The notes: generated by a model not told the origin, from the letters alone. A stretch of DNA of 64,000 bases from an uncultured Verrucomicrobiae bacterium (GCA_963846195.1 CAWJVG010000015.1:356-64355), one strand, 5' to 3'. Shown: positions 47,955-57,649, counted from the stretch's first letter. Translations and numbers: made by a program.

Positions 47955-50132
47955 TCATTGCTTTCGGGCCTTGGACGATCGGCCCGCTTTGCTGCCGCCA
48001 TATTTCACGGAACGCCGTTTGGGCTCGATCTTTGCGATGCCGGTGCCGTTCTTTAGTTCCATGATCTGGTCGCGCAACAATGCGGCTCGCTCGTACTCCA
48101 GGTTCGCTGCGGCGACTTGCATCTCTTCTTCCAATTCTCGAAGCACTTCGGTGATATTAAAATCGCCTCCGCCTTCTCTGATGATAGATTCCGCAAGTTC
48201 CCGCCCCCTCAGCAAAGTGTGCAGGCTTTCCTGCACGGCGCGGCTAACACTGGTCGGAGTGATGCCGTTGGCCTCGTTGTACTCGATTTGCCTGGCCCGC
48301 CGGAACTCGGTAATTGCTATTAATTTCTGAATACTCTCGGTGTAAGTATCCGCGAAGAGAATAACCTCTCCGTTCACATGGCGGGCGGCCCGACCTGCTG
48401 TCTGGATCAGCGACGTCTGGCTTCTTAGAAAACCTTCTTTGTCGGCGTCCAGGATACAAACCATGCTGACTTCCGGCAAATCAAGGCCCTCACGCAAAAG
48501 GTTGATCCCGACCAGAATATCGAACTCGCCAGACCGCAGGGAACGGAGAATTTCGACACGCTCGATCGCGTCGATTTCGCTGTGCAAATAGCGGACTTTC
48601 AACCCGACGTCACGGAGATAATCGGTGAGATCTTCCGCGGTGCGTTTGGTGAGAGTGGTGATCAAAACGCGCTCGGCGTTTTCCGTCCGTTGGCGGCAAA
48701 GTTCGATTGTCTCATCGATCTGATGTTTCAAGGGCCGGACCGTGATTTTTGGATCTAACAATCCGGTAGGCCGGATAATTTGTTGAGCGATCAGTTGAGT
48801 GCCTGGCTTCTGTACATCGACGGACTGAACGGAACGACCGGTGAGCATTGGGACCAGGACAGGTTCAGTTTCCGGTTGGCCGATCCGCGACCGAGCATGT
48901 GGAATATAAGTCGTATTGCCGACCACGCTGTTCTGGATCTCGAAGGCGGCTGGAGTCGCGCTGATATAAAGAATCTGGTGAGCCATCTCCATAAACTCCT
49001 GGAAATTCAGCGGGCGGTTATCAAGCGCGCTGGGGAGACGGAATCCGTATTCGACCAGCACCGTCTTCCTTGAACGATCCCCCTCATACATCCCTCCAAT
49101 TTGCGGGATCGTCGCGTGCGATTCATCAATGATCAGCACAAAGTCCTTGGGAAAAAAATCAAGCAACGTGTAGGGACGCGAACCGGCCGGACGGGCGCTC
49201 AAATGTCTTGAATAATTTTCGATCCCGCTGCAGAAGCCCATCTCCTGCATCATTTCGAGGTCGAACTCCGTACGCATCTTGATTCGTTGCGCTTCCAGAA
49301 AATGAGCGTGGGCTTCGAACCATTTCACTCGGTCGTCAAGTTCTTCGCGAATCGCCTTAAGTGCGCGCTGCATCTTCTCGAAAGGAGTCACAAATTGCTT
49401 GGCCGGATAGAAAGTGAACCGGTCGAGCTTTTCGACGGTCTGGCCGGTGAGAGGATCGAAGCGTGCGATCAAATCGACTTCATCACCAAAGAATTCGATA
49501 CGAATTGCTTCTTCATCGAAGGTGGCCGGATGAACTTCAACCACATCGCCGCGTGCACGGAATCTGCCGCGTGTCAACGCGATGTCGTTACGCTCGTACA
49601 ACATATCGACCAGCTTCGCGAGCAGAAGCTCGCGGGAGATTTGCTGTCCTTTGGCTACCGCACACACCATATTTGCGTAATCTTCCGGTGAACCCAATCC
49701 GTAGATGCAGGAGACGCTCGCGACTACGATGACGTCTTCGCGCGAGAGCAGGGAACTGGTCGCGGATAGCCGAAGCCGCTCGATCTCTTCGTTAATCGAC
49801 GAATCTTTTTCGATATAGGTATCGGTCCGCGGAATGTAGGCTTCGGGCTGATAATAGTCGAAGTAGCTGACGAAATATTCGACCGCGTTGTTTGGGAAAA
49901 ACTGTTTGAACTCGCTGTAGAGCTGGGCCGCCAGCGTTTTGTTATGCGAAATCACAAGCGTCGGCTTGTTCAGCGCAGCGACCACGTTGGCGGCAGTGAA
50001 CGTTTTGCCAGAACCTGTCACGCCCAGCAGCGTTTGATGCCGGTTGCCTGCCTTGAGCGAACGGATGAGATGATCAATCGCCTGCTGTTGATCACCGCGT
50101 GGCTGGAACTGCGAAGAGAGAGCGAAAGACAT
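47955..50132 (-). CDS. uvrB: excinuclease ABC subunit B
   Basis: FQPRGDQQQAI, GVTGSGKTFT, DESH and the C-terminal UVR domain (AANLEYERAALLRDQI). The 11-codon upstream extension in the track runs into the repeat and I excluded it. Confidence 0.95.
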   Translation of the reverse strand: MSFALSSQFQPRGDQQQAIDHLIRSLKAGNRHQTLLGVTGSGKTFTAANVVAALNKPTLVISHNKTLAAQLYSEFKQFFPNNAVEYFVSYFDYYQPEAYIPRTDTYIEKDSSINEEIERLRLSATSSLLSREDVIVVASVSCIYGLGSPEDYANMVCAVAKGQQISRELLLAKLVDMLYERNDIALTRGRFRARGDVVEVHPATFDEEAIRIEFFGDEVDLIARFDPLTGQTVEKLDRFTFYPAKQFVTPFEKMQRALKAIREELDDRVKWFEAHAHFLEAQRIKMRTEFDLEMMQEMGFCSGIENYSRHLSARPAGSRPYTLLDFFPKDFVLIIDESHATIPQIGGMYEGDRSRKTVLVEYGFRLPSALDNRPLNFQEFMEMAHQILYISATPAAFEIQNSVVGNTTYIPHARSRIGQPETEPVLVPMLTGRSVQSVDVQKPGTQLIAQQIIRPTGLLDPKITVRPLKHQIDETIELCRQRTENAERVLITTLTKRTAEDLTDYLRDVGLKVRYLHSEIDAIERVEILRSLRSGEFDILVGINLLREGLDLPEVSMVCILDADKEGFLRSQTSLIQTAGRAARHVNGEVILFADTYTESIQKLIAITEFRRARQIEYNEANGITPTSVSRAVQESLHTLLRGRELAESIIREGGGDFNITEVLRELEEEMQVAAANLEYERAALLRDQIMELKNGTGIAKIEPKRRSVKYGGSKAGRSSKARKQ

Positions 50133-50139
50133 TGGGAAG

Positions 50140-50397
50140 AAGAATTCAGGAGTCAGGAATTGCAAGATCAGAATTCAGGAGTCAGGAGTTGCAGGAGTTG
50201 CAGAATGCCGGGCTACAGAATTCCGCTGCTTCTTCCGAGAGACGGTCCAAACAACTTAATTCCACTGGCTCGAGCGAAGTATTTTCCCATCCACAGATAT
50301 TTTGCCTCCTGGCTCCCGACTCGCAGTGAATTATTCTCTCCAGAGAGACGCCGAATTTTGCAGCCCGGCATTCTGCAACTCCTGACTCCTGAATTCT
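50140..50397. mobile_element. MITE-like palindromic element, copy 2 (inverted relative to copy 1; right arm shorter)
   Basis: The core at 50205-50370 is the reverse complement of 12770-12935, with a few substitutions and two 1-nt indels. It fills the spacer between the FAH-family stop and the uvrB start. Confidence 0.7.
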
Positions 50398-50403
50398 TCT
50401 TCC

Positions 50404-51210
50404 CTACCACTCTTCTGCAACCACCGGATTACTAAGGACTCCGATTTTTTCGATTTCGACTTCTACGAAATCCCCTGGAGCGAGAAATTGCGGAGGATCC
50501 ATGGCCATACCGACGCCTTCAGGGGTTCCGGTCAGAATAACGGTGCCCGGATAGAGCGTTGTGCTACCGCTGAGAAATTCGACCAGCGTGGGTACGTCAA
50601 AGATCATGTCCGAGGTATTTGAACTCTGACGCGTCTTGCTATTCACCCGGGTGCTGATCCCTAGCGAATTCGGATTGGGAATATCGTCCTTTGTCACGAT
50701 TGCCGGTCCAAGCGGGGCAAAGGTGTCGAATCCTTTCCCTCTGCACCATTGGCCGCCGCCGTAAAGCTTTTGCCAGTCGCGCGCGCTCACATCGTTGGCG
50801 GCGGTATATCCGAAGACGACGTCAAACGCATCGCTCTTCGAGACATTCTTGCACTTCCGGCCAATCACGATCGCCAATTCGCACTCGTAATCGACTTCGT
50901 CGCTGCGAAGTCTGGTTGGCAGGAAGATCGGGTCGCCCGGATTTTGCAAAGTGCCCGCGCTTTTCATAAACAACACGGGATGTTCAGGAATTTTTGCACC
51001 GGTCTCTGCTGCGTGCTTTCGATAATTCAGACCGATACAGAGGATCACCGGGGGGTCGATCGGCGCCAGAAGCTTCACCATGTTCGACTCGCGATCCGTT
51101 ACTTCGAAATCTCGAAAAATGTCTCCGCGAATATCGAAAAGACGCCCTCCCGGTTTCTCAGCCGCAAACCGGATATCTCCCTCTTGCGCAAGGTATCGGA
51201 TGATCCGCAT
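50404..51210 (-). CDS. fumarylacetoacetate hydrolase-family protein
   Basis: ILCIGLNYRKHAAE, DYECELAIVIG and GTPEGVG motifs. Confidence 0.85.
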   Translation of the reverse strand: MRIIRYLAQEGDIRFAAEKPGGRLFDIRGDIFRDFEVTDRESNMVKLLAPIDPPVILCIGLNYRKHAAETGAKIPEHPVLFMKSAGTLQNPGDPIFLPTRLRSDEVDYECELAIVIGRKCKNVSKSDAFDVVFGYTAANDVSARDWQKLYGGGQWCRGKGFDTFAPLGPAIVTKDDIPNPNSLGISTRVNSKTRQSSNTSDMIFDVPTLVEFLSGSTTLYPGTVILTGTPEGVGMAMDPPQFLAPGDFVEVEIEKIGVLSNPVVAEEW

Positions 51211-51252
51211 GAGCTGATTAGTAGGCGAGGTTGGTGATGGAAGCAAATCCGC

Positions 51253-52998
51253 TCACGCGGAATGGCTTGCCACACGTTCCAGTGACGCTTGCTCCGCTTC
51301 CAGAAGCTCCGAGGCGTCGTTTGCCAACTGGAGCGAGGGTTCGGTTGTCGTTTCTGATCTAACCGATTCAACCGATGATTCCGGACTCGAATCTGGCTCG
51401 TCTCGAACGATCTCTGAAGCCTGACCTGCCTGCGCGTCTGCAGCGACCTCCGGTTTGGATTCAGCCGGTAATTCGTTTGTTTCCAATAATGCGGTCGGGG
51501 ATTCGTCGCCCGCAGAACCGTCGCTCTCCTCACCTTCGAGATTCTGATGAGCGGAAGCATTCGCGCCTCCTTTCGCCGCTTCGATGGGCCTCGGAGGTAA
51601 CGGCAAATCGAGGGTTCCGTCGGCGAACTCGATAACGTGTCCTGCTTTGGCCAGCCAGATAAGGTCGGTCGCCAGCGTTGTTTTCGCCTGCTGGTACTCC
51701 GGGCTGGACTCGTCATTCGATTTTTCGCCGATCAATTTGGCAAGAGCCTTCTCCGCTAACTGTTTCCTCGAAATCTTCGGGTACGATTTGATGGTCGTAA
51801 GAACAACCGACAAACCGGTGGAAACGGATGCTTGGTTCGCATCAAACAATTGCGGCCGGACTGTCGAGATATAAAGGATTCGTTTTTTGTGCTTGAATAC
51901 GTGCAATCCCGCCTGGTTCAAGCCGTGTCGCAGGGCTCCGGCGATCTGGGCGGGGAATCGATTCTCACGATCTCTAGCTTTTCGGATGGCAGCGATAACG
52001 CCGCGGTCCGGGAGATGTCTCGCAGTGTCTCCGGATAATTCTGTCGCCAGACAGCGCCGCACCAGGCCCGGCAGATAATTGGCGCGGAAATGCTGTTCAA
52101 CCGCACCCAGATTGTCAAACGCCGCTGGGTTTTCCTGGTCTTTCGTTTGGAACGTCACCGACTTGCGCGCTTCTTCCTTCCATTGTTCGACCAATTGCGG
52201 GTCGCTGCTGATCTCGATGGCACGCCGGTAATCGTCAAAACTCATCCGTCGGCTGAATCTTTGGTCGTAGAGTGCCCGCAGAGCCGGTTGAAACGCGTGA
52301 TAATTCGTGGGCCCGAGAAGCTTGCCGGACAAGGTACAGCGGGCCACGGACGTAAAGTTTCCTTTGATCGGCTCTTTTTCGACGATCTGGGTCCCGTAAT
52401 ATTCATCCTTCTTTTCATTGAAGGCATTCCGTTCAAGAGCGGTTGGATCCATGGAGACCGGGCCGTCATCGCCGAACTGGTAGATCATCGTATGATTGTC
52501 GAGCGAACGGACGCGGATCCGATGCCGCTCGGGGCGCTCCAAAAACATGCGCGCCAAACCGAACAACGGGTAGGCAATGTGGCCTTGTTTAATCTGTTGG
52601 ATAATCTTGGAAAACGCACGCTCTTCCGGTAGAAAATCGATCTGCACCGGAGCCGGCTCAGCCTCCGGCCGAAGAGCTGGCTCTTCCCGGCGTTGAAAAC
52701 GCGGTCGGTCGCTTCTGGCCGGCTTTGGGCTGCCGCTTTCGGCGCTCCGAGGGGCCGGAACTTGAGGTTGAGGGGATTTGTTGTTGGCGGCTGGTCCTCG
52801 ATCAGCTTGTGGCCGCCGTGGCCGATCATTGGGAGGGCTGGGACGCCTGGGACGATCGTCCCGGCGATCCCGGCGCCCGCGATGATGGCGGTCCTGGGGA
52901 TCGTCGCCATCATAATCCGCGTAGCGGTTGCCGGGCTCCGATTCCTTCAACCAATCGGGAGTTAAACGTAGATCAAGCGAAGGGAGCGGGTCCGTCAT
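51253..52998 (-). CDS. large hypothetical protein (Arg/Pro-rich N-region, conserved-looking core, acidic C-tail)
   Basis: The coding frame is continuous over 582 aa. I recognise no family motif. Confidence 0.6.
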   Translation of the reverse strand: MTDPLPSLDLRLTPDWLKESEPGNRYADYDGDDPQDRHHRGRRDRRDDRPRRPSPPNDRPRRPQADRGPAANNKSPQPQVPAPRSAESGSPKPARSDRPRFQRREEPALRPEAEPAPVQIDFLPEERAFSKIIQQIKQGHIAYPLFGLARMFLERPERHRIRVRSLDNHTMIYQFGDDGPVSMDPTALERNAFNEKKDEYYGTQIVEKEPIKGNFTSVARCTLSGKLLGPTNYHAFQPALRALYDQRFSRRMSFDDYRRAIEISSDPQLVEQWKEEARKSVTFQTKDQENPAAFDNLGAVEQHFRANYLPGLVRRCLATELSGDTARHLPDRGVIAAIRKARDRENRFPAQIAGALRHGLNQAGLHVFKHKKRILYISTVRPQLFDANQASVSTGLSVVLTTIKSYPKISRKQLAEKALAKLIGEKSNDESSPEYQQAKTTLATDLIWLAKAGHVIEFADGTLDLPLPPRPIEAAKGGANASAHQNLEGEESDGSAGDESPTALLETNELPAESKPEVAADAQAGQASEIVRDEPDSSPESSVESVRSETTTEPSLQLANDASELLEAEQASLERVASHSA

Positions 52999-53389
52999 GG
53001 TCAGGGGAGAGGTGGCAGTATTTAAACCCAAAAATAAAAGTTTATACCCAAAATAAGGCGCTCGGCGCGGTCGCCGGGACAAGTTATTCAAACGGGCGTC
53101 TAGGTTGTCGTTTCCATCTGATAGGTCAATACAAAAGTGGTTGCGGTCCTGATTAAACCGGGGAAGCGGGGCGTCAGTTGTGTCAAACCTTACTCAAAGA
53201 AACAAGTTTGTCGGCCAGTTTCGCGGTCGAATCGTGCCGAGCCGGGGATTTGGGCGGGAGGTTCAGTTCCGCCGAGTTCGGCTCCCAAGAAAGTAGTTGC
53301 TATTTAATGCAATTAATTTAGTTGCCATCACCGGGCTTCGTAATTAACCGTAGGCACGTCTTAACTACAACCGAGAAGAAACGCGATTT

Positions 53390-53632
53390 ATGTCAGAGAA
53401 ATCCATCGAAGAAAAGGTGAAAGAGATCATCGTCGAACAGCTCGGCGTGAATCCGGAACAGGTGACACCTAATGCTTCCTTCATTGAAGATCTCGGCGCT
53501 GACTCGCTTGATACGGTAGAGCTCGTGATGGCCTTCGAGGAGGAGTTTTCGGTCGAAGTTCCTGACGAAGATGCCGAAAAGCTCCAAACAGTCGGCGACG
53601 TAATCCGATACATCGAAGAGCGAGCAAAATAG
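53390..53632 (+). CDS. acpP: acyl carrier protein
   Basis: The [19 protein letters not shown] phosphopantetheine site in 80 aa. Confidence 0.95.
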   Translation: MSEKSIEEKVKEIIVEQLGVNPEQVTPNASFIEDLGADSLDTVELVMAFEEEFSVEVPDEDAEKLQTVGDVIRYIEERAK

Positions 53633-53771
53633 GCGCACTGAACCAGGAGATATTTGCAGTCGGCCTTGCCCTGCAAGGAGAGGCAAGGCGACGGCTCCGG
53701 ACGCTCGACGAGCTTCGCCGTCGTAGTTGTTTGTGTCCTTGGCGAAATGGACTAGACTAACGATTCATTTT

Positions 53772-54290
53772 ATGCATTCCGAGGACGACCTGCAGTACGC
53801 CTTAGAAAACACCAAGGTGCTTGTTTCACCGGAGCGTCGGATCGAAACGTTCGGTGCGACGAGCTTCCATTTTTATCTGGTCACGGAATTGATGGACCGC
53901 GCGGATGAAATCCGCATTCGCGACGGAAGGATCCAGGCTGATCGTCCCCAGATATTGACTGCCGAGAATATCGCCAAGCTGACGCTCGAAGGCTTCGGTG
54001 AGAAAGCGCGAAAATTTGCCGAGATGCTGCAGTCCCGAAATGCCGCGATGCTGAAGTACGGATTTCAGATCCGGAAGGACGATCTGTCGGAGAATCTAGT
54101 GCATGATTCGGTCGAGGCTGTGCTGGACCGTGTGATGAGCCAGGTGCCGGAGTCGTTGCGGAGCACCAGCGCTGTCATTCACGGAGTCGATGAGGGTTGG
54201 GAGGTCTGCCTGCTGAAATTCACGGTGGAAATGATTCAGCAATCCGCCGGTCGGAATATTCAGGATTTCCGTCGGAAGGGTCTGCTTTAG
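53772..54290 (+). CDS. hypothetical protein (172 aa)
   Basis: Clean ORF between acpP and the LysM gene, with no recognised motif. Confidence 0.5.
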   Translation: MHSEDDLQYALENTKVLVSPERRIETFGATSFHFYLVTELMDRADEIRIRDGRIQADRPQILTAENIAKLTLEGFGEKARKFAEMLQSRNAAMLKYGFQIRKDDLSENLVHDSVEAVLDRVMSQVPESLRSTSAVIHGVDEGWEVCLLKFTVEMIQQSAGRNIQDFRRKGLL

Positions 54291-54312
54291 TGTTCTGTCC
54301 CCAAAATAGCAG

Positions 54313-55149
54313 GTGAATAACCTGGTGAAGCTTCTCGTCGTTGCCTTGCTGGCAACCGGCGTCTTTGGCGGGGGAGGTTTCATCGCGTATCGATTATTTT
54401 TTAGCAAACCCGATGGAGGCCGGGGAAATGGGAATCAACCGGTCGTAACGCCAACGCCGGACCCCGGCATCGCGATGTTCGATCAAGCGAAAAGGCAGAT
54501 CGCGAGCGGCGATCAGAGTGACGCGGAAAAGATTCTCCTGGCTTTGATCCAGAGCTTTCCTGATTCGACCCGGATCAATGAAGCCAGAAAATTGCTGGGC
54601 GACCTCAATATCAGTGCGTTTTTTTCGCCTTTGCCAGGGCCTGACAAAACAGAATATGTCGTTGCGCGCGGCGACTCAATTGCCAGAATCGCCGCGAAAA
54701 CCAAAGATCCTGCCGAACTGATCTTCAAGGCGAACGGTCTTGACAGCTTGACGATACAGCCGGGCAAAAGGCTTATCATTCCGAAAGGTCAGTTCAGTCT
54801 GGTGGTCAATACGAAAAAAGGGGATGTGACCTTGATGAACAATGGAATTTTTTTCCGTTGGTACAAGCCTTTGGAAGTCAAGCTGCCGCCCAAGGTAGTT
54901 CCGGGTCAGTTCAAGACGCGGGAGAAGATTGCCTGGTCTGCCGGGGTCCAGGTCGCTTTCGGGGAAAGAAAATATCTCGGAAGCAGCCGATGGATTGTTA
55001 TCAGCGGAAGTGGTATCACGCTTTATTCAGAAACCAATCCCGAAACGCCCAATGCGCAGAAGCCCGGCGCCGGGATGATGCTCGTCCCTGCTGACATGGA
55101 GGAACTGTTTGCCTTGGTCCCTAAGGATACGCCGGTTACTGTGAAATGA
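54313..55149 (+). CDS. membrane-anchored LysM-domain protein with a YkuD-like C-terminal domain lacking the catalytic His/Cys
   Basis: The LysM segment is YVVARGDSIARIAAKTKDPAELIFKANGLDSLTIQPGKRLIIP. The C-terminus GITLYSE...GAGMMLVPADMEELFALVPKDTPVTV aligns to GMHIGIL...SHGCIRMPAEIAPQIYAHVKIGTPVQV of the gene at 36399. Confidence 0.65.
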   Translation: MNNLVKLLVVALLATGVFGGGGFIAYRLFFSKPDGGRGNGNQPVVTPTPDPGIAMFDQAKRQIASGDQSDAEKILLALIQSFPDSTRINEARKLLGDLNISAFFSPLPGPDKTEYVVARGDSIARIAAKTKDPAELIFKANGLDSLTIQPGKRLIIPKGQFSLVVNTKKGDVTLMNNGIFFRWYKPLEVKLPPKVVPGQFKTREKIAWSAGVQVAFGERKYLGSSRWIVISGSGITLYSETNPETPNAQKPGAGMMLVPADMEELFALVPKDTPVTVK

Positions 55150-56108
55150 AGGTACTACCCTTGGAATTCGAGAAACCGATCGTCGAACTCGAGAAGCAAT
55201 TGGAAGAGCTGAAGAAGCATTCGAAGCTGAGTTCGGTCGATCTCGACCGCGAAGTGCGGGCGATGGAAAACAAGATCGACGAGACAAAACGGGAGATTTA
55301 CGAGAAGCTCACGGCTTGGCAGAAAGTGCAGATTGCCAGGCACACCGCGCGCCCGTTCGCGCTCGATTATTTGAAATTGGCCTTTTCCGATTTTGTCGAA
55401 TTGCATGGTGACCGACTTTTCGGGGACGACGAGGCGATGCCTTGCGGATTCGCGACGATCGGAGAATATCGGTGCGCCGTTGTCGCGCATCAGAAGGGAA
55501 GGGACACCAAGGAGAATATCCGCCGAAATTTTGGCAGCGCTCATCCCGAAGGCTATCGGAAGGCGCTCCGGATCATGCGGCTCGCGGAGAAATTTCGCCT
55601 CCCGGTGCTCGCGTTAATCGATACCCCAGGGGCTTACCCTGGGGTTGGCGCGGAAGAACGTCATATTTCGGAATCGATTGCCGTAAATCTGAGCGAAATG
55701 ATGTTGCTCCGCACGCCGATCGTTGCGTCGGTGATCGGGGAAGGCGGGTCGGGGGGAGCGCTAGGCATCGGGGTAGCCGATCGCGTCCTGATGCTCGAGA
55801 ATGCCTATTACTCGGTCATTAGTCCGGAGGGTTGCGCCGCTATTCTCTGGAAACATCGCAGTCACGCTCCGGAGGCTGCGGAGGCCCTGAAGTTGACAGC
55901 GGCAGACCTGAAGGAGTTGGAGTTGATCGACGAAGTGATTCCTGAGCCACTGGGCGGTGCGCACCAGGACCATGCATTGGCTGCGCAAAATCTCCGGTCA
56001 GCGCTCCTGGCGCACCTTGATCAATTGAGCAAGAAACCGATCGACACCCTCCTGAACGAGCGCTACGAGAAATTTCGCAAGATGGGAAAAGTCTTCGAAG
56101 AATCGTAA
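55146..56108 (+). CDS. accA: acetyl-CoA carboxylase carboxyltransferase alpha subunit
   Basis: ARHTARPFALDY, IDTPGAYPGVGAEERH and GEGGSGGALG motifs. The start overlaps the upstream stop. Confidence 0.95.
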   Translation: MKVLPLEFEKPIVELEKQLEELKKHSKLSSVDLDREVRAMENKIDETKREIYEKLTAWQKVQIARHTARPFALDYLKLAFSDFVELHGDRLFGDDEAMPCGFATIGEYRCAVVAHQKGRDTKENIRRNFGSAHPEGYRKALRIMRLAEKFRLPVLALIDTPGAYPGVGAEERHISESIAVNLSEMMLLRTPIVASVIGEGGSGGALGIGVADRVLMLENAYYSVISPEGCAAILWKHRSHAPEAAEALKLTAADLKELELIDEVIPEPLGGAHQDHALAAQNLRSALLAHLDQLSKKPIDTLLNERYEKFRKMGKVFEES

Positions 56109-56127
56109 GCAAACCGTCCCGGTTTGC
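56109..56127. repeat. GCAAAGCG-type hairpin, compensated variant (gcaaaccg-tcc-cggtttgc)
   Basis: It directly follows the accA TAA. Both stem halves carry the complementary G-to-C and C-to-G change relative to the family consensus. Confidence 0.75.
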
Positions 56128-56214
56128 CCGGCTTAGGTCCAAACCTTAACGCTGACCCGCCGAACCGCTCTTAGAAACCCTGTGCCCCTCCTACTTTTAA
56201 TCTGTGGTTTCGAG

Positions 56215-56242
56215 TTTCGGAATTCAGGCTAAGATTCCGAAA
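56215..56242. terminator. 9 bp-stem hairpin between convergent accA and panB
   Basis: tttcggaat (56215-56223) pairs with attccgaaa (56234-56242), followed on the plus strand by ttatttca. Confidence 0.35.
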
Positions 56243-57013
56243 TTATTTCAAACCGCCCCTTGTGCGCTGAATATACGCCCGAGCCGCCTTGCGGATCTCT
56301 CCGGCTACGTCGCCTTCGGGTTTCGCGTGTTTCGGCTTGAACCACGGGAAATAACCCACCAGATCGTGAAAGACCAGAATCTGCCCGTCGCATTCCGTCC
56401 CTGATCCAATCCCGATTGTAGGGATGGAAACAGATTGGGTGATCTCCGCAGCCACCGAAGGGTCAATCAACTCGAGCACCAGGGCAAATCCTCCATTTTC
56501 TTCGATCACCCTGGCTTCATCGAGCAAGAAACTGCGTTCTTCCCTGGTGCGGCCTTTGGTTCGATAACCGCCTTCTTCCCTCACGTGTTGCGGTAGCATG
56601 CCGATATGTCCGACAAAAGGGATGCGTGCTTCCGTGATTGCCCGGATCTGCGCGGAACAGGCCTGGCCCCCCTCCAGTTTGACTGCATGAGCGCCTGCGT
56701 TGATCAGGCGCCCGGCACTCTGGACTGCAAGTTCCGGACTATCGTACGTATGGATAGGGAGGTCGGCCACGATGAGCGCCGAGCAGACGCCTCGCGCGAC
56801 GGCGCGCGTGTGATGGAGGACATCCCCGATTTGCACATGCGTCGTGTCGGAATAGCCGAGCACTGTCATTCCGAGCGAATCGCCCACCAGGAGCAGGTCG
56901 ATACCAGCCTCATCCAGGAGTCTGGCCGTGGCAAAGTCGTAGGCCGTCAGCGCGCTGATTCGACGGCCTGCTGCTTTCCAGCTTCGGATCGTATCGGGAG
57001 TAATCTGATTCAC
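56243..57013 (-). CDS. panB: 3-methyl-2-oxobutanoate hydroxymethyltransferase
   Basis: LTAYD...LLVGDSLGM and KLEGG motifs in 256 aa. Confidence 0.9.
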   Translation of the reverse strand: MNQITPDTIRSWKAAGRRISALTAYDFATARLLDEAGIDLLLVGDSLGMTVLGYSDTTHVQIGDVLHHTRAVARGVCSALIVADLPIHTYDSPELAVQSAGRLINAGAHAVKLEGGQACSAQIRAITEARIPFVGHIGMLPQHVREEGGYRTKGRTREERSFLLDEARVIEENGGFALVLELIDPSVAAEITQSVSIPTIGIGSGTECDGQILVFHDLVGYFPWFKPKHAKPEGDVAGEIRKAARAYIQRTRGGLK

Positions 57014-57519
57014 GATTCGAACAAGGGAACACTGAGTCGCGAAACATCGCCCGGATCGTCAAGCTCGGCCAGAAGCCTGCGGACGGGATGCATCTGACCA
57101 GGCAGAACGAGATCAGGCGAGATTTCCGCCAACGGGGCTAATACGAACCGGCGCTGGCGAAGTCTCGGATGCGGAATGATAATTTCGGGATTGTTCAGGA
57201 CTAGATTGCCCGCGTAAAGGACGTCCAGATCGATGATCCGCGGAGAGTTTCTCGGTCTCTTCGACGGCCGTCCCATTGATTTCTCAATCTCCAGCAACCG
57301 ATCGAGCAAAGCAACGGGAGGTCCCGTGAAATTGATCTCCAGTACCGCGTTGAGATAAAGCGTTGTCCCAGGTTCGCATGCGACCGGGGTAGTCTCGTAA
57401 ATCGGCGAAACCCGGATCGGAGGGCCGGGCTCGTGGAGCGAGCGCGCCCGTTTTCCACCTTCCCGAAGGTTCGCGAGGCGATTCTCGATATTCGAGCCCA
57501 GGGCAATTCCACAGCGCAT
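57010..57519 (-). CDS. folK: 2-amino-4-hydroxy-6-hydroxymethyldihydropteridine diphosphokinase
   Basis: IALGSN...SPIYETTPV...RIIDLDVL...IPHPRLRQRRFVLAPL. The upstream 57 codons in the track cover tandem repeats and I excluded them. Confidence 0.85.
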   Translation of the reverse strand: MRCGIALGSNIENRLANLREGGKRARSLHEPGPPIRVSPIYETTPVACEPGTTLYLNAVLEINFTGPPVALLDRLLEIEKSMGRPSKRPRNSPRIIDLDVLYAGNLVLNNPEIIIPHPRLRQRRFVLAPLAEISPDLVLPGQMHPVRRLLAELDDPGDVSRLSVPLFES

Positions 57520-57570
57520 CCAGCCTGCAGTCTCACTGCGAGTGCCCGTGCGGGCAAACAGTTTCCTTCG

Positions 57571-57649
57571 CAGTGCCAGTTTGCCAGTTGCCAGTGCCAG
57601 TTGGGATGGCGCCCGCTGAACGCTGAACGCTGAACGCTGAACGCCGAAC
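57571..57649. repeat. Short-period tandem arrays (GCCAGT-type words, then GCTGAAC x4 + GCCGAAC)
   Basis: cagtgccagtttgccagttgccagtgccagttg lies at 57571-57603, and gctgaac x4 plus gccgaac at 57615-57649. They sit in the dapB-folK spacer. Confidence 0.8.
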
